64,000 bases of DNA from Antedon mediterranea (taxonomy: Eukaryota; Animalia; Echinodermata): NCBI RefSeq assembly GCF_964355755.1, contig NC_092670.1:19888795-19952794 (forward strand). Direction: 5' to 3'. The notes under the pieces are model-generated. The model was given only the letters and a program-made list of their open reading frames with translations, was not told the DNA's origin and ran no database searches. Below, one piece after another: positions 9,701 through 20,400 of the stretch. Position 1 is the first letter of the stretch, and every line of letters begins with the position of its first letter. The translations under genes were made by a program, and so were the position numbers.

Positions 9701-12439
9701 TGCCTGCTGAAGCCAACACATTACCAAGCTTAAATAAAGTAAGAAATTGTATATTTGTTGTGGGGAACATCCACCTTTATTCTCTTCTTTTCTAGTTTTA
9801 CACAAAGTATATATATTTTTTTAATACCTGAAATTATCTAATATAAAGATATTATAGTTGACTATAAGATATTTATGTCTTTTGTAAGTTGTTTCTTTTT
9901 ACTCATTGTGACTAAACTGATGGTAAAGTTTAGTGACATAATTTGGTAAAGAGCTTAAACTAGGATTTGAACCCAGGTTTTATGATTCAAACATGTTAAC
10001 CACCTAATCTACCATCTACTCTTATTTGATTTTTAAAAACACAGAATAGAGCCAAAATTGGGTCAAGGCGTAGACCACCATCACGACATCGTAAAGAAGC
10101 TAAATCAAATGACAGAGCACCCACTCCACCGCCTGTAGATAACAATGACGAAATGGACTTTGCATCAGGTTACCAACCATTACCAGATATGGACCCTGCA
10201 CCTATCGAGACGTATGAATCATATGAAGGAATGATGGGAGCTAAACCTGCATATGCAAAGATTCAAATACGATCAAAAACATCAAGCGATATGTCTGGTG
10301 TTGATGACTTCTTAGGAGATAACCATGATGATCCTCTGTCACGATCACCACCACCGCTACCTGATGATGATATTCCTGTCAAAGCAAACATTTCAAAAAC
10401 TCAACTAATAGAAGATGATCCATTATTCAGTTCAACGTCAAATAGTAATGAATTGAGTAAATCTAACCATCTCGAAGATGATGATTTATTTGGGGCGTCC
10501 TCTAAAGTTGATAAACCGGTGGTAAAACCTAGAACTGTCATAAATGACGTTGATAATTCTTCAGCCATTAAAGAGAAGAAGAAGAAAGTAGTAGTTATAG
10601 GCAATGACAAGGAGGATGACCTCTTTAGCAGTAGCAATTCTAAAATGGCAGATAAACGGAAACAAATTGCATCAAAAATAGACGTTGATGAAGATTTATT
10701 TGGAAGCCAAGGTATATTGAGTTTATATTAAGCTACACTATCAAACTAGTTTGACAAAACAAATGTGGAATGCCCTACTAATGGTAGTGATGTGCCCTAA
10801 AATGGTGATGATATGACATCAGCATGTCCATTATGAGCACATCACATTTTTTTGTCACATAAAATTTGGCAGCATTGATTGACATGTAATTGAAACTATT
10901 TTTCTTTCTCTTTAAAACTAGCTGCAACAAAGAAGGTTGCTGAATCAGTGGAAGATGACCTATTTTCATCACCAACTCTAGATAAACCTCCAATGAGGGT
11001 AAGTGTGTTATGCAAATCAGAAAAAAACAATTTCAAGAAAAATGACCCACCACATTTTCAATTTCTTTCATAAGACCATACCTCAAATGTGACATTCTAT
11101 ACAATGATTGTGGGACCAGACCGGTGTTTTTAACGAATTTGAACAATACCATGAAAGCCCTAGTGGTCTAATTGTTTTGACATCTGTATATAAAGCAGAA
11201 AGTTCCGGGTTCAAATCTTGGTCGGGTGACTTTTTCTCATTCTCATAGATTTCCTCATTTTAAGGTTTCAAATTAATTATTCAATTTCAGTATATCACCG
11301 GTTGGTTTAGAATTTTTTTCTGTGCCTGTGATGTATATATAGAATTTTTTTCTGTGCCTGTGATGTATATATATATATATATACATCACAGGCACAGAAA
11401 AAAATTCTAAACCAACGTTATCCAATTTCCTTCACTTGCACTGATGAAGGGCTAGTGTTGCCTGAAAGCTCTGCTAACTTTTCTGGCTGTTTACTTTTTC
11501 GTTTTGATTTAGCTTTTCGCTTTTTATTTTTGTATCTCCATTGAGATCCAGCCACTGATACCCACAGCATTGTCATTTTTTTCAGTAATTTGCCTTTGGA
11601 TTTGTATATATATATATATAAACAAATCAGGCAAAGAACATTAATTCTAAACCGGCCGGTGATATACTGAAATTTAATTAATTAATTTGAAACGATAAAG
11701 ATGAGGAAATCTGTGAGAATGAGAAAAAGTCGCCCCAACCGAGACTCGAACTCGGACCGCCTGCTTGATATGCAGATGTCCTAACCATTAGACCACTGGG
11801 GCTTTCATGGTATTGTTCGAACTCGATTGGATAGCGACTCTTTAACATTCTCGGCGTGGTACGGCGGAACAGCACTAGTCCTCAGTTGTACGCACACGCA
11901 CCAGAGATCAAATTGATACGCCCTCATCTTACAGATGATATATAAATTTTTCTTGAACAATGAAATCTAATATAAAAGTTGTTCTTATTCTTACAATTTG
12001 CACTCATTAATAAAAGGCTACTGAAGATGAATTATTCACAAGTCCAAAGAAGGAGACCAAACGGCCAAAATCAAAGACTGTGCGAGTGGACGATGACCTT
12101 TTTGCTGACACAACTGATATATTTGCAGACATTCCAAGCTCCAAACCCAAGGAGAAAAAGACAAAGAAGAAAACTGATCCATTATTTAAGGAAGTCGAAG
12201 GAGGTATGTACAGTATAACTTTAAAAAAAGGTTGTCTTAATGCTTTCCTGAAAAAAGATAAATTTAAAACCATTATTTTTTAATTCTTAACAGGTGATAT
12301 TTTTGCTGGCTCATCAAAAACTAAAAAGACAAAATCAAAGAAGAAAACGACTGATAGAAAATCTACAAGTTCTTCAATATTCAACTCAGATGCGCCTAGT
12401 ATATTTGACGATCCTCTGAATGCAACTCAACAAGAATAG
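760..12439 (+). CDS. WASHC2: WASH complex subunit 2 (FAM21), 3' part; 5' exons lie outside the window
   Basis: GT-AG exons approx. 760-868, 1522-1625, 1922-2136, 2338-2425, 2552-2649, 2939-3059, 3176-3340, 3806-3937, 6091-6519, 7272-7427, 7881-8024, (8705-8983), 9613-9738, 10045-10711, 10922-10998, 12017-12203, 12294-12439. Many L-F-acidic (LFa, retromer-binding) motifs (GLFDDED, DDLFG); KKKLPAGAVSMFG; KIQ|ANVTIDP; a capping-protein-interaction motif LPSLNK|NRAKIGSRRRPPSR; C-terminus SIFDDPLNATQQE* resembling the FAM21 end. Confidence 0.93.
1006..1379. mobile_element. PIF/Harbinger-like MITE (family B)
   Basis: About 31-bp imperfect TIRs (AGCCTTGTTTACACTAGGCGAATTTGTTCGC ... GCGAACAAATTCGCCTAGTGGAAAATAGGCT), flanked by TAA on both sides. 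Confidence 0.75.
1383..1490 (+). mobile_element. MITE family A, 3'-truncated copy
   Basis: Matches the family A interior (TGTGACA...GCCCATATATGGA...ATCACTACCATATTTGGGCA); right TIR missing. Confidence 0.7.
1641..1871. mobile_element. Tc1/mariner (pogo/Tigger)-like MITE
   Basis: TA|CATTGGAACACCT ... AGGCGTTCTACTG|TA with internal (A)AGGGGACA repeats; related copies at about 35610-35853, 38506-38540 and 47479-47561. Confidence 0.5.
2135..2295 (+). mobile_element. MITE family A (~160 bp, PIF/Harbinger-like); left end overlaps a WASHC2 splice donor
   Basis: AGGTCTGTCTACACTGTCAAACT ... AGTTTGATAGTGTAGATAGAAGCT|TAA; family consensus TIR is AGCTCTGTCTACACTATCAAACT. Confidence 0.8.
2754..2914 (+). 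mobile_element. MITE family A
   Basis: Both TIRs present, TWA flanks, internal ATCACTACCATATTTG repeat. Confidence 0.85.
4023..4186 (+). mobile_element. MITE family A
   Basis: Both TIRs present; near-consensus interior. Confidence 0.85.
4677..4877. mobile_element. hAT-like MITE
   Basis: TIRs CAGAGGTTCTCAACAG / CTGTTGAGAACCCCTG; the 8-bp TSD is not clean. Confidence 0.5.
10731..10868 (-). mobile_element. MITE family A, degenerate, reverse orientation
   Basis: CTACACTATCAAACTAGTTTGACAAAA...ATGGTAGTGAT...CACATCACATTTTTTTGTCACAT. Confidence 0.75.
11135..11370 (+). mobile_element. Degenerate copy of a tRNA-containing repeat ending in (TA)n
   Basis: Reverse complement of 11610-11826; A-box/B-box-like TAGTGGTCTAA and GGTTCAAATC. 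Confidence 0.6.
11416..11620 (+). mobile_element. Penelope-like (pLTR/retrozyme-type) non-autonomous element with a hammerhead ribozyme
   Basis: About 190 bp nearly identical to 59198-59397; contains CTGATGA-stem II-GAAA-GC-TC; ends in (TA)n. Confidence 0.7.
11436..11477 (+). ncRNA. Minimal type I hammerhead ribozyme
   Basis: TTGCA CTGATGA A GGGC TAGTGTT GCCT GAAA GC TC TGCTAA: conserved core, 4-bp stem II (one G-U), palindromic AGCT stem III, short stem I; predicted cleavage after C11471. Confidence 0.65.
11731..11802 (-). tRNA. tRNA-like cloverleaf, anticodon ATC, inside a repeat (probably tRNA-derived or pseudo-tRNA)
   Basis: GCCCCAG TG GTCT AATGGTTA GGAC A TCTGC ATATCAA GCAGG CGGT CCGAG TTCGAGT CTCGG TTGGGGC G followed by ACTTTTT; all four stems pair; A32 and the ATC anticodon are atypical. 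Confidence 0.5.
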
Positions 12440-13537
12440 GTTTTAAGAATTTAGATTTTTCAAATTTAACAGTACTTAGGTGTGTAATAAAAAGATGGTA
12501 GCCAAGGACGTTTCATGTCTTGAGAAGAGAAAGCTAATAGAAATTGTAAATGTATTAATATTTGTCCTCGGTTGAAGAAATTCAAATTCGATCCACAGCC
12601 ACAGTGCATTGCCACCCATGTTCACACCCTGAAAGATGAACCCCTACTCTTTTAGAATAGAGTACGACGTTTGTTTGCATAGTTACTTAAAACCAATTGT
12701 TTTCAAGGAATTGCAATATTATGATATCCAAAATTGTAAGCTAAATTGTTTAGTTAGCTTTATTAATAGAACCATGAATTAAAGTGTGCTGTTTGTCCTT
12801 GTATTTTTTTGGAAGAAAAATGTTAAAATGGTTTTGTGGTCAAATAAAATTATAATATATAAATAGGCCATCCAAATAGTGCCCAATCAGAGATAAACAT
12901 TTCCATTATATTTTTGAGATACCAAATACAGTTTAGTCAAATTCTTTGAATTCAATCGAAATTGCTACAGTAATTAAAACTGTTTAATGTTTTCATAAAT
13001 AATTCTTTTAATTGTGATCATGCATTGGTGTGTTTTGTAGTATAATTCCTTTGACTGTTTTTCATCCAGCCATGTTATTAATTATCCCAAGCTTTGGGTT
13101 ATTTATTGTGTTGAGAGTTCACTTTGGTTGTGTTTTTGTACAAGATACATACACTCTTTGGCTCGTGTCTTGTATTAGAGATGTACATTGGTAATGATGT
13201 AGAATTTGTGGTTGGTAGGCTGGAAGTTTGAATCACACATTGTCAACTATACTTTACTTCTCACTTTATCCAGGCTTTTAGCATCCAATGAATGTACAGT
13301 ACTGTAACATGGTGTGCCTGATATACACATACAGTAACTCTTTCCAACGTTCATTATGGATTAGCTGAAAAGAACTATTATACACCAGATTTGTGAGCCA
13401 TTAATGTGGTGTGTTCTCATGCCTGTACTTACATAGAAATTGTTGATATTAACATTCTTTTATCCATCATCCACTTTATTGCAGTGTAAGAAATGGAGAA
13501 GAAACACAATTACCTATAAACTGAAGCAGAACATGGC

Positions 13538-14190
13538 GTACATACAGTACATATGTCTCCATCATTGAGTACATACAGTACATATGTCTCCATCATTGAG
13601 TACATACAGTACATATGTCTCCATCATTGAGTACATACAGTACATATGTCTCCATCATTGAGTACATACAGTACATATGTCTCCATCATTGAGTACATAC
13701 AGTACATATGTCTCCATCATTGAGTACATACAGTACATATGTCTCCATCATTGAGTACATACAGTACATATGTCTCCATCATTGAGTACATACAGTACAT
13801 ATGTCTCCATCATTGAGTACATACAGTACATATGTCTCCATCATTGAGTACATACAGTACATATGTCTCCATCATTGAGTACATACAGTACATATGTCTC
13901 CATCATTGAGTACATACAGTACATATGTCTCCATCATTGAGTACATACAGTACATATGTCTCCATCATTGAGTACATACAGTACATATGTCTCCATCATT
14001 GAGTACATACAGTACATATGTCTCCATCATTGAGTACATACAGTACATATGTCTCCATCATTGAGTACATACAGTACATATGTCTCCATCATTGAGTACA
14101 TACAGTACATATGTCTCCATCATTGAGTACATACAGTACATATGTCTCCATCATTGAGTACATACAGTACATATGTCTCCATCATTGAGT
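13538..14190. repeat. 31-bp minisatellite, 21 identical copies
   Basis: Unit GTACATACAGTACATATGTCTCCATCATTGA; no variant units seen. Confidence 0.97.
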
Positions 14191-15891
14191 CAAAATGAAA
14201 TATTGTTATGTATTACCAAACTAATACTTAGTTTATTAGTTTATATTTTAATCAAAAGCTCAAATATTAAGTTAAAAAAAATTATTTGAAATATTAGTAC
14301 AATTAGGTGAGAATTATTATTATTTTTTAAACAATTTAAATTGATATGGCACTTCTGATACTGTACCATGTCATGTAAATTTGTAAAAATAACAATTATA
14401 TAATATGTAAAGTATAGAATTATTCAAATTAGTTATACCACATTATTTCATATTTAAACATTAAGAAAGCTTAATTTCAATAATAGAATGTGTTTTTTTT
14501 AATGTTTATTTTAGTGTTTAGTTGTAGGTTTTATATATCCATACAAAATGAGTTGTAATGTGTTTACCATATACTGTATGATTATAATATATAAAATATG
14601 AAAATTTATATCTCAGTTTAAGCCCAGCAATATTACAAAATGCCAATTCTACCATTTATTTTAACAGGTTTGAGAATATGCAGCTTGTCAGGGTGCAACC
14701 TTTAGGGCCAAAATCTTGTAATAGGAGTTTCCCTGAATTTGATCCAGTCACATGTTTCCCATTTTTGTTTAAAATTTCACCTTGGTTAAAAAAATATTTG
14801 GATCCCTGGTGTTATGATGATGGATGTTTGTATTTAGTGCATTTGAATAGGAAATAGCCAAAGTATGTAGCCATATTGTTGGTTTGTGTTGGCATAGAGA
14901 TATAGTTCACTATAATATCTCTATGCTTTTGTGAAAAAGGCCACAATTTGTTAGGGAGAAAAAAGGTGTGCCCGTAAAACAGGATTGTCAAGAATGATAA
15001 GTAAAAGTAAGGCATGTGAATAGAAATTGACCATAGTGTTAACAAATAGCTTCCCCCATGTTATCCACAAGCTAATTTTCCAATAATAGGGGTTTCCAAT
15101 AATAGAGGGTCCTTATACTGTAATAGAAGTTCCCCATTCCCCGAAATAGTGTAATGCATCTGTGGGAAAAATAATTGTATGCTTTCAGCTTTTTATTGAT
15201 GTGGTCCAATAATATTGCTAATTACATCCACAAATTAAAGTAATGCTCCTCCTGTTTTTACAAATCGCAATCTTTCAAAAATTCTAGACTTTCATAAAAG
15301 AAACATGTATATTTCCTAATATATTAAATAATAAATATTACGTTGATTTATTACAAATAAAGTAATAGGTGTTTTGTAACTTTGTTTTATTGATAAAATA
15401 AGAATATACAAACGGGATGGGGGAGAGAATGCAATATACATATTATATTTACAGAGAGGTTGATTCGAATTGTCTAAGGCTCTTGTGAACTTTGACATAC
15501 TAGTGCATAGACAACACTGACTGAACCATAAAATACAAAAACCTTTAAACGTGAAGATAATATCATTTATTTGCATATACAGACTGTGTATAATAATATT
15601 CTCTTGAAAGGTAATTAAAATCATCATCATCATTTATCACCCATAAACAATGCATTTCTTATCACATAAACTTTTAGTTCAAGCACTAGTCTCAATAATT
15701 CTGAATTTATAATTTAAATGATAAATAGATTTAATAGACATAATATAAATAATAAAAATGTATACAATATAAGTAACAATGAATTCTAATCAAAATTTTA
15801 AAATGGTAACAATTATAATAAATATTATTATACTATATTTTAATGCATAATGAAGAAGTATAAATAAAAACTTGGCCTTTATGAGACATTT

Positions 15892-16377
15892 TCTATGGTC
15901 CAGGCATAGAGATATTATAGTGAACTATCATATCTCTATGGTCCAGGCATAGAGATATTATAGTGAACTATAATATCTCTATGGTCCAGGCATAGAGATA
16001 TTATAGTGAACTATAATATCTCTATGGTCCAGGCATAGAGATATTATAGTGAACTATAATATCTCTATGGTTCAGGCATAGAGATATTATAGTGAACTAT
16101 AATATCTCTATGGTCCAGGTATAGAGATATTATAGTGAACTATAATATCTCTATGGTCCAGGTATAGAGATATTATAGTGAACTATAATATCTCTATGGT
16201 CCAGGCATAGAGATATTATAGTGAACTATAATATCTCTATGGTCCAGGCATAGAGATATTATAGTTCACTATAATATCTCTATGGTCCAGGCATAGAGAT
16301 ATTATAGTTCACTATAATATCTCTATGGTCCAGGCATAGAAATATTATAGTGAACTATAATATCTCTATGGTCCAGG
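15892..16377. repeat. 43-bp tandem array: 36-bp palindrome + GTCCAGG, 11 units
   Basis: CATAGAGATATTATAGT-GA-ACTATAATATCTCTATG GTCCAGG; a solo copy lies at 14893-14925. Confidence 0.95.
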
Positions 16378-16420
16378 TCAAAGGAGCTGGTTTTTCATCA
16401 AAGTTCTAATTAAAGACTTA

Positions 16421-16527
16421 AGCTCTGTCTACACTATCAAACTTAACGTGACAAAAAAATGTATATGAACACAATATTATATTTGGTCACATAACACATT
16501 TCTGACAATGATAGTGTAGATGGAGTT
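16421..16527 (+). mobile_element. MITE family A, internally deleted
   Basis: Left TIR at consensus; degenerate right TIR TGATAGTGTAGATGGAGTT|TAA. Confidence 0.75.
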
Positions 16528-17408
16528 TAACACTGCTCAAAATTGGGTGTATACACCATTATTCATTGATTTAGTAGTTGAGAAAGTCCCTTTCTGCTTT
16601 TTGTGTTATGTCATACACCTGTACATTTAAATAGTGCCAATGCATAATGCAAAACAGCTCAAGCATTTGAAACAAGGACATCAAAGCAAGTAGCTGGCTT
16701 ATACATGTTAGATTAAAGTAAGTTATTATTTAAATAGAAGCCAGCTGGAAAGTGAGTACAATTTATTGTTATTTTCCTACAGTAATACTTATCTATTTCC
16801 ATGTCTATAAGCCTGAATTGATGAGTTTCCATAACTCATAATTTAGATAAATATCTTGCTATATACAAAACTACATAAAAGTATAAATAGACAGAAAATA
16901 TAAAAAGATAGAAATTGTTAGTCTATAAATAATACTAGTAGTCAAGGTTTGTCTAAAGAAAGTACTGCGATTTTTAAATATGATTATCGAACAATTTACA
17001 TATTCAATAATACATGATTTACATATATTCAAATTGCATTCATGATTTAAATTTTAAAGAACACCATAGTAGATCACAATACATTGCTCAAATATGTATT
17101 GTGTGTTTTTTATTGAAAGACTAAAATTGTAGGAATGTATAATTGAAATAAGATAGAAATATAAACAAAGTATATGTTGATGTTGAGTCAAAAATGTAAT
17201 TAAACTTCACACTATATATATATATATAGTTGAGTAAAATTAGAGTCTCTTATTATTATATATTTGTATTGTGGTGGTGACATCTATTAAGTATTTGGCA
17301 CTTCTTGGCTATAAATAGATTAGTAATGATTAAAAATAAATAAATTTGATTGATACTACAGGATCATACCTATACTATTTCTTTAGAAATGTTTAGTATT
17401 ATTTAAAA

Positions 17409-20400
17409 TTATGGTGGAGGAGGAGGTGGTGGTTCTGGGCACGAATCTTCAATCTTCTCCCGTACTTCTTTCAATTGAAGTGCTACGCAACTTAACCAAC
17501 TACGGCTTGTCGGCATCTCTCCGATAATCTCCCAGAAGTCTTGTTCTTCGTTGTAACTTTCGATGGTGTCGTGGTATCGATCCCAACCTTCTTCACCACC
17601 TAGAACATAAATCTTCCCGTCGATACTTGCAAGACCGGGCCGATACCGACGCTCGTTCATAGGTGCACGTATCTCCCACTCGCTTCGTGCTATGTTAAAA
17701 CGCTCAACTTTGTTGGTGTTCTCAGTAGAAGCATGCCACCCTCCTAATTAATATGAAAATGACAATAATTATTTTACTAAATATAACTAAAAGAGAATAA
17801 TTTTTTTTTTTGTGGATCTCAATGTTTACCAAATGAATGTTATCATTTATACACATTGCCACATTTCTTATTATTACCAAGGAGTGCAAAATATTTGTAT
17901 TTATTTTTATGTCTTTAGGATTACCAATAGTAAACCCCCTGATACAGTCTCGATTGATCAACAGGGTTCTTTAAAGTGCACACAGGTTATTACTGTGTAT
18001 ACTGGACCTACGGTTTATAGTCCTTATCCAAGAAAACCAGAACTAGGAGCGAGTCGGCCTCGAACACATGCCGATATTGTTGGCTCTTTAGGGTAAATGG
18101 CACCGTGCCTTAACAAATCGACCATATATATTTATATATTTTTGTGGCAGTAGAAGTAGTGCATTTACGCGAGAGGATGAACAATAAATCTAACCTATTA
18201 CGTAAATGTATCCGTTGAGTACTACAGCGGCTGAACCAGACCTAGCAATGGTCATTGGCTGTAACTGTGTCCATTGGTCAGTCCTTGTATCATAACATTG
18301 AACAAGGTCAATACCATCACCATCCTCCAAAACAGCACCACCTACAGTATGGAAGAGATTAGTATATTTAAATAGGAAAATTAAACTGTAGGAGAGGGTA
18401 ACATATGGTACATGCCAACATCTGAAGTTTAAAAAATGGGAAGTGGTGTTTTTTTCTTTTTCAACAGCGCCCTCTACCTATTATCGAGAAGTAAGGAGTG
18501 CAGTGTGTGACGCCGCAAGTGGTATTACATGTGTGGCTATGTGGGGGAATTCCCTCAGAAAATTATGACCGCAGATGGTCGTACAATGGCTTAAATATCG
18601 TAAATTGTATACACCAAAATTCAGTTATCTTTGTAATCTGGGAGAAAATGTGGAAAACCGGGAGCACAATAGGCCGGGAAATCAGTCTAAAATATGGGAG
18701 TCTCCCAGCCAAAACGGGAGTGTTGGCATGTATGGGGTAAAATAGTGTTGTGGAGATTGTATGGAATGTTGTGAGTGGAATTGATTTAGAAAGGAGCTAT
18801 ACCATCTTACCCATAACAAACAGTTTGCCTTCATGAGCTACCACTGCTGGGCTGGTAAGGGCCATCTTCATTGGAGACACAAATGTCCATGTATTTGTTG
18901 AAGGGCTATACCGCTCGACAGAATCAAGCCTAGCTGACCCTTCCCAGCCACCCACAGCATAGATGTACCCATCGACAGCAGCCACACCTGTAATCAAAAG
19001 GGATTTTCAATAAATACTGTATAACAACTTTATTTAAAGATAATAAACTAAAGCTCTACACTATAATTATATTAAACTAGTTTGACAAAAAAGGTGTGAT
19101 GTGCTCAAATATGGTAGTAACATGACATCACCATTTCCATATATGGACACAACACATTTTTTTGTCACAAACAGTTTGATAGTGTAGACAAAGCTTTACA
19201 GTACAGTATGTTCACATACCTAGTTCTGACCGTGGATAATTCATAGGCGACACTTGAGCCCAGTTATCGCATGAAGGATCATATCTCCATACATCTTTGC
19301 TAGCTGATCCATCAGGAAACTCTCCTCCAGCTAAGTACAAAATGCTGCTTCCTGGAAATAAAGCAAAAGACATTTTGTTTTTATTAGGAACAGATATAAA
19401 TGTGACAAACCTGTTTGACCTAACATAAATCCTAGGGATGTTCGATTAAAACAAGTTAAGCTGATTGCTTTTACCTGATACAACTAGACCATGCTTGCTG
19501 ACAGCAAATGGCAAGCAAGCTAACGTACGCCATTGACTGGTATGAGGGTCAAAGGTCTCCACGCTTCGCAAAACAACTTTATCATCTTCGCCACCAACTG
19601 CTATTATGACCTCACATGTCCCTAGTTAAAAAAAACAAAAGTGTTATCATACCTGTCATCAATTAGAAAGGTAAACCCATTTAGTATCTTATGGGCACAA
19701 ATTGGGAGGATTAAAAGAAGAAACAATTTTTATTTTTTTAAAATAGCACAGTACAAGTACAACACAGTAAAGGGAAAAAATTGGTAGCTTTGCACTTAAA
19801 TCGGTAGTTTTGGCATAATTTAAACAAAACCTATTTTTTCCAAGATCTAAACAGCTTTGGGGAATTGTACTTCTGTAGGAAAAGGATTGTTGTCTTTCAT
19901 AGAATAGAAGCCAATTTTGTAAAAAAAAAGTGACAGTTTTCATTGTTATTAATATCACTAACCAGTGGATCTACGAGGTCTTGTCCGAGGACTATACAAT
20001 TCTGCTCTACGATCCTGCAATAAATGGTAATTTTTAGCCTCTTCTACCAAGCGTCTACATTTTGCAAACTGCATAATTCCACTTCTACTCTCAACGCAAT
20101 CATGCAGAAAATAAACGCTCATAAGTGGCAAACGTATATGCTCAAACGCTTTTTCAATATCAAGCTGCCGTTTCTCAGGATCCATATCGAACCAACGCAT
20201 GACAGCCTCAAACACCTCTTCTTCCTGTTCTACGCACAAATAATCATCAGAGATGAATTCAACAATTTTCGAGCAAGGCAAGTTGAAAAAATCCTCCGTC
20301 GTAGAGACATGATTGAAATGTTTTAAGACGAATGTTTTTGAAAGTTCTTGCAGAGGGGTGCACGCGTGAGCTTCTGCGAAGCAGTGAATCCCGAGACAAT

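Noticed and set aside
13538-14190. 31-bp repeats as a CRISPR array
   Set aside because: Head-to-tail identical units with no spacers.
15892-16377. CRISPR-like appearance (palindromic 36-bp repeats with spacers)
   Set aside because: Spacers are an identical 7-mer, there are no cas genes, and the context is a spliced animal locus.
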